Shown here: positions 26,153 to 38,957 of the stretch, one piece after another
Position numbering within the stretch: the stretch's first letter is position 1
Layout: each line of letters begins with the position of its first letter
From: Octopus bimaculoides
Lineage: Eukaryota
Direction: 5' to 3'
Assembly (NCBI RefSeq): GCF_001194135.2
Contig: NC_068992.1
Span: 10,781,505 to 10,845,504, forward strand
DNA length: 64,000 bases
Notes under the pieces: model-generated
Database searches by the model: none
The model's input: the letters and a program-made list of their open reading frames with translations, nothing else
Told to the model about the DNA's origin: nothing
Translations under genes and position numbers: made by a program

Positions 26153-26190
26153 CAACGACGACGATGGTGATGGTGATTATAATGATATAT

Positions 26191-26556
26191 TTTTACAAGA
26201 ATAGTGATGACAGCATTATCTTTTGGACTGTAGCACTTTTGTGTTTGTCTTGGCTTTATATAGTCTCTGGTAAAGTTTCTTTTTTCTGGGGTAAGTGGAG
26301 CACATTTGACCGCTGATTATATTGTAGGATAAGTTCTGATGAAAAGATACTAAAAAGGCTTTTACAAATTAAAGTTGGAGTTGTGCTATTGTTCAGGATT
26401 CAGTCATCAATGTAAAACTTTGCAATCAGGTGTGTTTATTTGGGTGTGTCAGCATAGAGACTATATAAAGCCAAGACAAACCCAGATGTACCATAGATGG
26501 ATGAAGGCTAAGCAAACCAAAACTTCAAAGTCACTGTCAACACTATTCTTATAAAA
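26191..26556. repeat. Fold-back structure with two nested inverted-repeat pairs
   Basis: Perfect 26-bp IR at 26243-26268 / 26456-26481. Outer IR (21/23 identical) at 26191-26213 / 26534-26556. Confidence 0.7.
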
Positions 26557-27544
26557 GAATAATATATATTCAACAAAAATGCATTGAGAATTTCTTGACA
26601 ATAATGTAAAATTGCTATTATAATAACTTAACATAAAAACAAACATTAACACACACACACAAATATGTACGTATTCATACATATATATGTATATACACAG
26701 ACACACACCTCATGCATACATACACAAACATTCACGTACATACATACATACATACATACATACATACATACATACATACATACATACACAACTACAGAAA
26801 TAAATTCAAACGTCATTTAATACTTTTAATCTTTGGCTACATTTTTCACTTTTTATCTGTTTGTATGGTTAGTTGTCTTCCTTGCTTGTTTGTAAGCCTT
26901 CCTTCCTTTTAAGATATGTTACCTTTTATGTAAGGCAAAACAACACCTAACACTTTTCTGGGAAGTCTTTTAAAGCTTCTTTCTTTGAAATTTGTCCATG
27001 CATCAAATGTTTGGTATAACAGTAACACAAAAGAACTATTATTATACAACATAGATTTGTCTAGGCAAAATTCTCCGCCTTTTGTAAAGAACTGTCTATT
27101 GAGAAAACTTTCTCATTCTGTGTAAAAGAATGGTCTATCAAGACGAAAACAACTACATGCTGTTGTTAACTATTGTGGTTGTTGTTATTATGTCTGTTAT
27201 AGCATTTATATGTATTTAGTTGAGAATTTGAAATTTCATGCTATCGTTATGCTAACTTCCTTGCAATACAAGCATTAGATGATTAATGATTGTACTAAGG
27301 AATTTTCAAACCGATAAATATGGTTTTGACTTGATTTCTGTTCAAATATTCTCTCCTCTATAATGATGTTATTGATGACGATTATGAAACTTTTATATTG
27401 TACAGGAAGCCAGCAACTGTTCTTTTTACTATGCTATGTGAGATTTCAGTGGACTGTTTTACAATATTTTACAGATAAACCAGAGTGCTAAGAGTATGGT
27501 ATATTTTTACAAAGTATATATCTTTTTCATAACGCTCAGAAAAG

Positions 27545-27765
27545 GCAGTGAGCAGACCGAATCGTAAGGAAGCTGGGGAAAATACTTAGCAGCATTTTGT
27601 CCATCTTTTACATTCAGAGTTCAAATTCCATCAAGGTTGACTTTGCCTTTCATTGCTTTGGGGTTGATAAAATAAATACCAGTTGAACATTGGGGTTGAT
27701 TTAATTGACTTAGTCTTCCCTTAATCCTCCTAGTTTTGTGCCAAAAATTGAAAGCAATATTTTAA
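27545..27765 (+). mobile_element. SINE family A, tail type 1
   Basis: gcagtgagcagaccgaatcg..ttcagagttcaaattcc..gactttgcctttcattgctttggggttgataaaataa..gtgccaaaaattgaaagc. Confidence 0.7.
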
Positions 27766-28362
27766 CACTTGGAATTTATTTAAAAAATAAGTTTAGCTTT
27801 TTTAAAACACTGAGGTAGTCAATGATTTCTGGTGGTTAGTTGTAGTGTGGCGTATGTTTTGGATATATAGTGTTCTAAATACTGTTTCCAATGATTATTA
27901 TTGATGGATGTAATTTCTGGAAGTAAATTGAAAGAAAACATAGATTGTCATGTGCCTGAGGAACAACAAAAATCAAAACAATAATGTACGTATTGGTTCT
28001 TAATACATTCTGACAGATTTTTAACCTGAATATGCTAATTATTGTATTTTGTCTGTGGAGAACAGCTTATCTATCCATTCAGAATCAAATGAGACACCAC
28101 CGTCTGTTGACTAGGCTGTGTCTCTTCAGTCAAACTTACTTCCAGATCAATGAATCTAAACAAGAATTTCGGCTCTTGTTTATAGAAATCAGTGAACAAA
28201 TTATTTACTGATACATTCTGATGTCCGCCATACCAACAAAAAATGATTACATGCATGAAGAACAGTGAAAATCAAAACAATGTCATATATATTCATTCTT
28301 CATACATTCTAGCAGATTTGAACACAAACATGCTAATTGCTGTTGTGTATTGTTTATGGAGA

Positions 28363-28748
28363 GTGGAGGCGCAATGGCCCAGTGGTTAGGGCAGCAGACT
28401 CGTGATCATAGGTTCGTGGTTTCGATTCCCAGACCGGGCGTTGTGAGTGTTTATTGAGCGAAAACACCGAAAAGTTCCATGAGTCTCCGGCAGGGGATGG
28501 TAACGAACCCTGCTGTACTCTTTCACCACAACTTTCTCTCACTTTTACTCCCTGTTTCTGTTGTGCCTGTAATTCAAAGGGTCAGCCTTGTCACACTGTG
28601 TCACGCTGAATATCTCCGAGAACTACATTAAGGGTACACGTGCCTGTGGAGTGCTCAGCCACTTGCACGTTAATTTCACGAGCTGGCTGTTCTGTTGATC
28701 GGATCAACTAGAACCGTTGACGTCGTAAGCGACGGAGTGCCAACAACA
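28363..28748 (+). mobile_element. SINE family C, full length with 14-bp TSD
   Basis: A and B boxes intact. TSD attgtttatggaga at 28349-28362 and 28749-28762. Confidence 0.9.
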
Positions 28749-28959
28749 ATTGTTTATGGAGAACAACTTCTCCTTTCAGACAATGTGTGTTCATAACACA
28801 CTCAGTTCTTTGAGAAAAGGGAACTTAGCAAAAACCTTCACTAGAAATCAAATTAGTAGATACTTACAATATCAAACACTGCAAAGAGACCCTGTAGTAA
28901 TATTTACTGAGTAATGATCTAGAGTAGCCTCCATATAAATAGCACTGCACTGAGTGAAC

Positions 28960-29330
28960 ATTTGCAACTCCGTATTGGGTCCATGCTTTGGCATCTTAAA
29001 TGCCTTAAAAAAGGCAGATTGTTGTGCAAAATATTACCAATGAGATGGCAAAGTACAACAGAGTGCAAATATTTCAAAGAGTTTCTTCGTGAGAGAGTGA
29101 CACTTGATTGAGAGATAATTAAACAGAATATAATTGAAGATCGGTTTCTTCTTAAGATAGGTGCAATAGCTGGATTTTTCAGACATTCCACTGAGGAAGT
29201 ACTTAAGATTAGGGTGACTATAAACAGGGAGACAATATGTCTAAGAGAAGGTTTATAATAAGATTAGTGAGGAAAGTTATCATTTGGAGATAATTTTAAA
29301 TTAGATTTCGTATCAGCATATAAATATATA
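28960..29330 (+). mobile_element. Possible highly decayed CR1/L2-type reverse-transcriptase remnant
   Basis: Across frames: SVLGP, then a degenerate Y..D.K block at the YADD position, L..*LNRI, and YHLEIILN*ISYQHI, resembling YLG.I.D..LSF..HI. The order and spacing fit RT, but no motif is intact. Confidence 0.35.
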
Positions 29331-29390
29331 GATACATACCCCCCCCCCACAATATATATATATATANNNNNNNNNNNNNNCCCCCCCCCC

Positions 29391-29434
<44 letters not shown>

Positions 29435-29525
29435 CATATATATAATATATACATATATAATATATATTATATATATACACATACATACGTATATATACAT
29501 ATAATATATATATATTATATATTAT

Positions 29526-29710
29526 TGCGGGTGACACGTAAAAGCACCCACTACACTCTCTGAGTGGTTGGCGTTAGGAAGGGCATCCAGCTGTAGAAAC
29601 TCTGCCAAATCAGACTGGAGCCTGGTGTTGCCATCCGGTTTCACCAGTCCTCAGTCAAATCGTCCAACCCATGCTAGCATGGAAAGCGGACGTTAAGCGA
29701 TGATGATGAA
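29526..29710 (+). mobile_element. RTE LINE 3' end with (GAT)n tail
   Basis: cacgtaaaagcacccactacactctctgagtggttggcgttaggaagggcatccagctgtagaaac..ggacgttaagcgatgatgatga. Confidence 0.8.
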
Positions 29711-29918
29711 ANNNNNNNNNNNNNNNNNNNNNNNNNNNNNNNNNNNNNNNNNNNNNNNNNNNNNNNNNNNNNNNNNNNNNNNNNNNNNNNNNNNNNNNNN
29801 NNNNNNNNNNNNNNNNNNNNNNNNNNNNNNNNNNNNNNNNNNNNNNNNNNNNNNNNNNNNNNNNNNNNNNNNNNNNNNNNNNNNNNNNNNNNNNNNNNNN
29901 NNNNNNNNNNNNNNNNNN

Positions 29919-29958
<40 letters not shown>

Positions 29959-30594
29959 CATACTGACATTCATACACACACACATATATATATAATATAT
30001 ATATATGTATATATGTATGTGTGTGTATATATATGTATATACATATATATGTAGAGAGAGAGAGAGGTAGACAAACAGACAGAGAGGGAAAGAGAGAGGA
30101 AGGATGTGAAGTAGGGAGAATGAGTGAAAGAAGAAAAGGAGAGAGGAAGCGAGAGGAATTCACTTTGTATTCAAATCTTTTCAGGGAATTTTGGGGGATT
30201 TCTGTCTTTACTGATCCAAGAATATTGATTTTTGTTTTATTGAATTTCTTTCGAAGTGTGATTCACATGAATGGAGATTCTGATTAGATTTTCTGGTTCC
30301 ATTTTCTTGGAACTGGTTTCATTTTCTTTCTCTGTAGATGCATGAAGACGTCGTCTCACACACTTGCAGGGTACACATTCTACCGTGTGCATTCCTTTAT
30401 CTCCCCGCTCCCACCACCGTCCATCCATGCTGTCTCCACTGCCACTGCTGCCACCACCACCTCTGCTGCAGCCATCCACCACCACCACCAATGATACCAC
30501 TGACTGAACAACACTACCAATACTAGAAGTCTAATGGAAAGTCGATGCTTGATGGGTTCATTCCCTTCCTCTCTGCCTCTTTCTCTCCTCCTCC

Positions 30595-30636
30595 TCCTCC
30601 TCATCATCATCATCATCATTATTGTTGTTGTTATTG

Positions 30637-30668
<32 letters not shown>

Positions 30669-30780
30669 GTCGTTGTTAGTGTCATCATCATCATCATCAT
30701 CATCGTCGTTGTTAGTGTCATCATCATCATCATCATCATCGTCGTTGTTAGTGTCATCATCATCATCATCATCATTAATC
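30595..30780. repeat. (CAT)n microsatellite reorganised into about three 36-bp units
   Basis: The unit gtcatcatcatcatcatcatcatcgtcgttgttagt is repeated. It appears as MMMMMMMTLTTT x3 in the ORF track. Confidence 0.9.
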
Positions 30781-31353
30781 TTCATCGTTGCCATTTTCGT
30801 CCTCTTGACCATCGTCCATATACACTTATTTCTCCTCTTCCTCCTCCTCCTCAACATCATCATCAGCATTATCATTATCCCCTTCATTTCATGACCACTT
30901 TCCATGCTGGTAGTATGGGTCAGAGGAGTTGTTCTTCTTTGGAGCTATAGCTCTCTATGATGTGTCAGAGGCCTAAGTCTCTCCCACGCATTTCATTTTG
31001 AGCATGTTTTCTATGACAACATTCTCTTCCTAATCCTAACTACTTTACAGAGAGTATATATCCTAAACATGCTACCACAAGTCTTGCATTTAAAGATATT
31101 TGGAATCCAAACTATAAATCAAGATAGGAGTGGTGTTGATGAACAGAAGATCAAATGCAAAAGGATAGATTGGTCATTTTTGATTGAATAATATAATAAA
31201 ATAAAAACATACACAGGTATGGCAATGTGGTTAAAATATTTGCTTCTCAATCACATGGTATCACATTCAGTACCAACTTGTGGCACATTATAACTCTGGA
31301 AAGACCAAAGCCATGTGAGAGGATTTGGTTGACAGAAATTGTAAGAAGGCTTT

Positions 31354-31394
<41 letters not shown>

Positions 31395-31398
<4 letters not shown>

Positions 31399-31497
31399 AA
31401 TGTGGCCGATGCCAGTGCCCTCTGACTGGCAACCATGACAGTGGTATGCAAAAAAGCACCCACTACACTCTCAGAATGGTTGGCATTAGGAAGAAGG
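31395..31497 (+). mobile_element. RTE LINE 3' UTR fragment cut by an assembly gap
   Basis: aaaagcacccactacactctcagaatggttggcattaggaagaagg followed by Ns. A (CAT)n tract lies after the gap. Confidence 0.65.
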
Positions 31498-32449
31498 NNN
31501 NNNNNNNNNNNNNNNNNNNNNNNNNNNNNNNNNNNNNNNNNNNNNNNNNNNNNNNNNNNNNNNNNNNNNNNNNNNNNNNNNNNNNNNNNNNNNNNNNNNN
31601 NNNNNNNNNNNNNNNNNNNNNNNNNNNNNNNNNNNNNNNNNNNNNNNNNNNNNNNNNNNNNNNNNNNNNNNNNNNNNNNNNNNNNNNNNNNNNNNNNNNN
31701 NNNNNNNNNNNNNNNNNNNNNNNNNNNNNNNNNNNNNNNNTATATATATATATATATATATATATATCATCATCATCATCATCATCACCAGGGAGAGGGA
31801 ACAGCAATCATCTGTGAAGATGGAGCAATCACCATGTAAGTATGTATGTATATATGTATGTGTGTGTGTGTGTTTGTGTATATGCATTGGGATGTATATG
31901 TGTGCACATTGAGGTATCTTTGTCTTGACATCTTTTGATAGTTGTGAGCCTCACCATCATGCAAGTGATGTCATTTATTTTCGTTCTTCTGTGAAAACAT
32001 GTCCAACCAATGGGAAATATCACCTAGCATAGAAATGGTGAATGTTGGTGATGGGAAGAGCATCCAGCTGTAGAAAATCTGCCCCACTTCCATCTAGCAT
32101 GGAAAATGGAATGGAAAAGCTGTAAAAGTAAATCTTAAAATGTTTACTGTTATTGTTACTATAGCTGCAAACATTAACTGTAACATTTTCTCAATGATTT
32201 ATGTAGCAAAAATATAGAACATTACAACCAAAATAGTCACAGATCATTAAACTGACATTGCAGTTGACATATAGTTGGAAAATGAGATCTAAGATGGCAT
32301 TTAGTATTTTTAGGAAAAGATATACAAACGTAACTATTGGTGCAAGCATGGCTGTGTGGTTGGCTAAGAAGTTTGCTATAGAGAGCCACATGGTTTTGGG
32401 TTCTATCCCATTGTGTGTCAACTTCTGAAAGTGTATTTTGCTATACAAA

Positions 32450-32492
<43 letters not shown>

Positions 32493-32495
32493 ATA

Positions 32496-32840
32496 TTTAT
32501 TCGTTTCTTTTATTCGTTTCAGTCATTTGACTGCACTCATGATGGAGCACCACCTTTAGTTGACTGATACTTATTCAATCAGTCTCTTTTGCTGAAATGC
32601 AAAGTTATGGGGATGTAAATACACCAACATCGGTTGTCAAGCAATGATGGGGGGACAAACACAGAAACACACATATCTGACGGGTTTCTTTCAGTTTCCA
32701 TCTACCAAATCTATTCACAAGACTTTGGTCGACCCGAGGCTATAGTAGAAGACACTTGCCCAAGATGCCATGCTGTGGGACTGAACTTGGAACCATGTAG
32801 TTGGTAAGCAAGCCGCTCATCACACACCCGCTCCTGCACC
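32496..32840 (-). mobile_element. CORE-type SINE family B, near full length
   Basis: Reverse complement has a tRNA-like head (ggttccaagttcagtccc), the CORE-like block gcatcttgggcaagtgtcttctactatagcctcggg and tail cagtcaaatgactgaaacgaataaaag. Confidence 0.8.
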
Positions 32841-34237
32841 CATATATATATACGAATATTAATGTGAGTTTAGAAGGATATATTATCCGGGTGGCTACTG
32901 TGGCGTCTCTCAGTTCTGTTCCAGGTTACAGCTAACTGCATCAATTAGTATTTAACGTCTATGACTACTAGGAGTTGTTACTCGTGTTGTAAATTCCTCT
33001 GATGCATAATTCCATGCAGTCTATAGTCTTTATTTTGCCAAGCTGTTTGTAAGAAGTACCATGTGGTCTGTTAATGTGAGACCAGATCAAATAGACTGGT
33101 AACAGGGTTATGCTTTTTGCTATATTGATAAGTTATTTTCTATCTTGTGGTGCATGTTTACAGTTAGGTGACCTGAGCTCTATGAAAGTTAAATATTTTT
33201 TGTATACACACTGTATAGAAACTGTTAATAGTCCACTAAACTCCAAGGCCCCGTTAAGGGCTCGATTGATGCCAAGCTATAATGTTATGGTGATGAGTGA
33301 TTAGGGGGTAAATCTGTATGGAATTCTACTCTATGACAGGTAACACTCCCAGATTGTCTGATTCCACTTCTCAACAAATAATGCAGAATAAAAAAGTGGG
33401 TATTAATAAACTTAATTAATGATACACCAACAGCAGATTTCCAACTCATAACCTGTGCACAGGTAGTTCGGTTGATTATACACATTGACTAATGTTAGCT
33501 GATGCACTGTAAAGAGCAGTTGCACCATGTGATACCAATGAAAGGATATGAATGGCAGGCCTCCCAACTGGCTGGCTGGTTTGGTGGCTGGCTGGCCGGA
33601 TGTTTCCTTTATTCTATTATGTTCATTATCCTCTGCTTTTCTCATATCAATAATACTAAGTTTTATTAAAATATGAATGCTGAAGTAACATATAAATAAA
33701 TAAATTGAAAATAAAAAAATCCTAAAAAAGAAATTAGCAACCACAGGACTGATTTCTGAGCATAGAATATATTTGTAAATGAAAAATTATGAGATTAACA
33801 GTTAAAGTCTATCATAATAGTAGGTGCCTTGTGGCAAGATAACAACATTCATAACACCTAAGGATTATGCAACTCATAAAATATATTTAATAAAATCATG
33901 GGTATATTTTTGGCTTGAGAAAACTGTCACACTCCATCAAATGTAGATTTAATTAGCTTAAAAATAAATGGCAAAAAGAAAAATGAAGAATGGAAGAATG
34001 TGATGCATTTTGTAGGCTTGTCTATAACTGTTGTTGTACTTAGTTGTCTAAATTAAATTTGTATTGGTATGTTTCATGTGTCAGAGAGTAAACCATAACA
34101 GATTTCTTAGGTTGTATATAAACAATATTTATTAACTTCTTGGTATATTTGGTTTTTGGGCATTAAGCCACGCTACTATATTCAGTACAGTCCTTCATAT
34201 AAATAAAGATGGTATAACTATGGGTGAATGCCTTTAA

Positions 34238-35054
34238 CCTTTCAGCATTTAAACTGGCCATGTCCAGCCCAAATATTCTACCCATTTTATTTTCAAAGTG
34301 GCCAGATCAGCACTTTCACACCTATCCTACAATGTCAAAGAAGCTTGCTCCCTAACTACATAGTTCTGAATTCAGTCCCACTGCATGGCATCTTGGACAA
34401 GTGTCTTTTTCTACAGCCTCAGGTCAACCAAAACCTTGTGAGTGGATTTGGTGGATGGAAACTGAAAGAAGCCTGTCATATATATGTCATATATAATATT
34501 AAAAAACTGCAATGGTCTTATTCTCCACTTGATTAATGGTGGAATAAATTATTATTATGACCAGGAAATCCTGGGTAGCTGCATTTAATAAGATTTGTAG
34601 TTTTTTATTATAAGATTATCTTTACTCTCTTAGTTGATCAAATGCTTTTCTACTTGAAGTATTACCGCACAATTATATGTCTATGTACACACATGTGTGT
34701 GTGTGTGTGTGTATGTGCGTGTGTATGTGTGTGTGTGTTTGCTCCTCTCCCACTGCTTGATAAGCAGTGTTGGTGTGTTTATGTCTCTGTAACTTAACAG
34801 TTCAACAAAAGAGTACAATAAATTAAGTACCTGAATTTTAAAAAAATAGGTAGTAGGGTTGATTTAATCGAGTAAAATTCTTCAAGGTGGTGCCCCAGCA
34901 TGGCCATAGTTTAATGACTGAAACAAGTAAAAGTTAAAAGATATATGAATCATGACTTCGAAATCTCAAAGTTACAAGATAATACAGGATTAACTTTAAA
35001 GAATGTGAATAAAAACTGCATTATTTTTGACAAAGTAATCTGAATGCTAAAGGG
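34238..35054. mobile_element. piggyBac-type MITE with TTAA target duplication, interrupted by a SINE
   Basis: TTAA (34234-34237) plus cctttcagcatt at the left end, and aatgctaaaggg plus TTAA (35055-35058) at the right end. Confidence 0.7.
34338..34940 (+). mobile_element. CORE-type SINE family B nested in the piggyBac-type MITE, split by ~170 bp of unrelated sequence
   Basis: Head and CORE block at 34338-34480 (gcatcttggacaagtgtc). The 3' half at 34735-34940 ends gactgaaacaagtaaaagttaaaag. Confidence 0.7.
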
Positions 35055-35942
35055 TTAAACAGAGATTTGTTCAATTGAGACTGATCTGGAATTTAAACAA
35101 CAGTAATAAAGAAACACTGTAGAGAAAAAATTATTGTAGTGTTGTGTTGTATCCACAGTTCAACTCTAAAATCTCATTCAGAAAAACAAGCAAAGACTAA
35201 GGAGTGAAAGTGCAGACAAGTATGGGAAAAAATGCCTGAGGAACCGAACATTGATAAGGTCACAAGGTGTGATTAAAGGACTTTTGACAAAGCAATTAAC
35301 TAATTAATTGATTAATTGGTTTGTCAAAGTTTAATTAAATTGGTTGGTTAAAGTCTAATTAAATAATTAGTTAACTGGTAATAAATCAGAAATGAACTAC
35401 AATTACTAGTAATATTTTATTGGAAAGAAAAAAATAAGCAATCCCCAGAAGTCCACCAATATTTGATTCAACTCATAATGCCATATCAACAATTGAGTAA
35501 AACACTCAAAAATGAATTGCTTTCTTTTAAATATGTTTTTTTTAATTATGGATGATAGCAAGGAACATTTTCCACTATGGCCATCCAGAATGTGTGTGCA
35601 AAAGTATTTATGAGTATTTGAATGAGAACATGTAAATCAAGTTTTATGAATGCATAAATGTGTGTAAATTTTCATGGCATATGTACATATATGTGAGTGT
35701 GTGGTGTGTGCGTATATACAGGTATGTATGAATGTAAGTGCTTATATGACAGACACACACATACATATATATGTATATATATGCACAAGGAGCCATGTTA
35801 GTGTTGATATGTAGTTTTGATTCAAGTTGGAGTTAGCTCATGATTTTTCAGTTAATTGTTTAAATAATATTTCGTTTTGGGATTTGGTTTAACAGGATGT
35901 GTTTAAATAAATGTCACTTTAAATCAGAGCATATATATTATA

Positions 35943-36003
<61 letters not shown>

Positions 36004-36006
<3 letters not shown>

Positions 36007-36250
36007 GCCAGTGTTTAGTGTGTTGGGCTCACAATCATAAAGTAGTAAGTGTGATTCTTGGACTGGGCTGTACTGCATTCTTGAGCAAGACACTTTATTT
36101 CCTGTTGCTCCATCTCATTCAGAATGCAGAAATGAGTTGCGATGTTGTTGGTGCCAAGCTGTACTGGCCTTTACTTTTCCCTTGGATACCATTGGTGGCA
36201 TGGAGGTGAAGTTGCTATGCATGGGTGACTGCGAGTCCTCCAGAAACAAC
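36004..36250 (+). mobile_element. SINE family E, 3'-truncated
   Basis: Collinear with 10228-10480 (ttgagcaagacactttatttc..gaaatgagttgcgatg..ggtgccaagctgta). Confidence 0.6.
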
Positions 36251-36251
36251 T

Positions 36252-36535
36252 GTGTCGATATAATCGACTTAATCCGTTTGTCTGTTCTTGTTTGTCCCCT
36301 CTGTATGTAGCCCCTTGTGGGCAGTAAAAGAAATAAGAAACGTTAGCATGCTGGGCGAAATACTTAGTGGTATTTCGTCTGTCTTTAGATTCTGAATTCA
36401 AATTCTGGCAAAGTCGACTTTGCCTTTCATCCTTTCAATGTTGATAAATTAAGTACCAGTTGTATACTGGGGCCAATCTAATCAACTGGCCCCCTCCTCA
36501 AAAATTTCAGGCCTTGTGCTTAGAGGAGGAAAAAA
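36252..36535 (+). mobile_element. Family-A dimer: type-2 tail joined to a headless copy with tail type 3
   Basis: Junction aaagaaataagaaacgttagc at 36327-36347. The downstream tail is aaatttcaggccttgtgcttagag. Confidence 0.7.
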
Positions 36536-36589
36536 ATATTTCGTGTATCTGCATGGCTAAGTCAAAGCACCGGCAAAGTACAGGCAAGG

Positions 36590-36995
36590 TACCGGCATGG
36601 CAGTGTAGTAAGAACTTTGCTTCTCAGTCATATGTTCTTGCATTCACTCCCAATGCATGGTACCTCTGGCAAATGCCTCCTGCTATAGCATCAAGCTGAT
36701 CATAACCTTGCAAGTAGATTTAGTAGATGGAAACTAAAAGAAGCCCATTGTATATATCTATATGTATATATATATAGAAATATATGTGTGTGTGTGTGTG
36801 TGTGTATCTTTGTCACCAATACTTGAAAACTGGCATTGTTTTTTTTACGTCCCCATAACAGCAGTTTGGCAAAAGAAACCAAAAAATAAACCAGATTTTA
36901 AAAAATAAACTGGGATTGATTCATTCGACCGAAACAAATCCTTTCAAGGTGGTGCCCCAGCATGGCTACAATCCAATCCTGAAACAAATAAAAGA
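36590..36995 (+). mobile_element. CORE-type SINE family B, diverged full-length copy
   Basis: ggcatggcagtgtagtaag head, acctctggcaaatgcctcctgctatagc core and gtgccccagcatggc..gaaacaaataaaag tail. Confidence 0.6.
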
Positions 36996-37574
36996 TAAAA
37001 AATAAGTCAGATTATAGTTGTTAAGCATGTATGCATTTATCTGGGTGTGAATGCATACTGTGAATGTTACAGCATGCATAATTCTAATATAAACACATGA
37101 CTGTATCCTCTACATTCATTTGTGTATATGTATGTGTAAATGCTTTGCCTGTGGGTGTGCATGCCTGTATGTATGTGTCATGTATGCATAAGTAATTTAC
37201 TACACTAGTTGCAGTGTAAACCTGAATCTTACAGGATCTAAGGATAATAAATTTGCGTTAAAACTAAAATTAATTCTATTTTCTTTAAAAGAACAAAAAG
37301 TGCTTCCTGCATGAAGTAGCCACAGCAAGAACAATTCTAAATTGTAGGATATGTATAATCTTCAACATGCAGGCAAAGTGCTGATGTGCCTTCAATTTTC
37401 TGGATATGTTGCAATCTATTATGCAACTGTTGGCAAAATTGATACCAAAATGCTTCAAACATTGTAACAATTGGCAGATTCTCTAATAATAGGCATATTC
37501 ACTCAACAGGCTCATTGAGTTCTCACTTTTTAAAAATCTGTGCTATCTCAGCCAAATAACTACTTCAGTTCAGT

Positions 37575-37598
37575 ATACTCACATACATACATACATAC

Positions 37599-37653
<55 letters not shown>

Positions 37654-37654
37654 C

Positions 37655-37729
<75 letters not shown>

Positions 37730-37746
37730 CATACATACATACATAT

Positions 37747-37777
<31 letters not shown>

Positions 37778-37903
37778 CATATATATATATACATACACAC
37801 ACATATATATATATATATACATAAACACACACACACATATATATATACATATACATATGTATGTGTGTATGTATACATATATATATATATGCACACACCC
37901 ATA

Positions 37904-37935
<32 letters not shown>
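37575..37935. repeat. (TA)n/(TACA)n microsatellite
   Basis: Read directly. Confidence 0.95.
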
Positions 37936-38921
37936 TAATAAATTATTTATGAATATCTAGCTATCCATATGTGTGTGTGTGTGCATGTATGTGTGTATGC
38001 ATGTGTATGTGTGAGATGTGTGTGTGATGCGTGTGTGTAGGTGTATAAGGGTATGCAGATGGATACCCATATATTTATGTTTGCAAGGGTGCATGTTTGC
38101 AAGGGTGTATGCCGGTAAATACTTATAAAAATATCAAACAAAATCAGAAGGAAATAGTAAATTGCCAGAGGAGGAGTTAGAGGCAGAAATGAAAGAATAT
38201 AAAAAGAAAAGAAGGGATAACAGAAGAGAAGGGAAGCGATGTGATGACAGGGAAGGATTGGAAGGGAAACACCATCCCCCCCTTCCTATTGCTTCTCCTG
38301 ATTGCCTTCTTTTTGTTTGTTTATTATTTTCCTGGCATGAAAAATGAGCAAAGTGAAGAAGGAGTTGGGAGGAGAGGAGGAGGGGAGTACAAAGGAGCGG
38401 AAAGAAAAGGCAAAAAGGCTATGGGGAGTAAAACAAAAAGTGGAAAGGAAGGACAAGGAAAAGAAGTAGCAGGTGGAGGAGAAATAGGAAGAGTTAAAGA
38501 AGACGAAGAAGAAAACAAAAAATATATAATTTACAGAAGAAACAGAGAATGAAGAATAGGGATAGGTGAGAAGAAGAGATTCTAATAGAATTCTGGAATT
38601 TTGTATATAGATAAATGCGTAGAATATTGAAATAAATAAAATTTGTAACAAATACGTCAAAAAGGAATCATAAAAGATATTAATAAGTATATATGTGTGA
38701 AGAGAGGCATAAGAAATGCATTGAATAAACATTGAAGAAAACGTATGTGTTGAAAATGGTTGATAAAAATGTGTTGAAATGAAATAAAATGATTCAATGT
38801 AAATATATATTTGATGGACATACACAGAGATTCATATGCAATGATGCATTCAATTACATGCAGCATGCAAATGTACAACAGATACATTCTCACACATGAG
38901 TCTTAATCCTCAAACGCGCGC

Positions 38922-38957
<36 letters not shown>

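Noticed and set aside
21147-28440. tRNA-like heads of family-C elements as tRNA genes
   Set aside because: Acceptor stems are not formed, the anticodon region differs among copies, and each continues into a shared 300-bp body with TSDs, so they are SINE heads.
38150-38560. Lys/Glu/Gly-rich ORFs
   Set aside because: A purine-rich low-complexity tract explains them.
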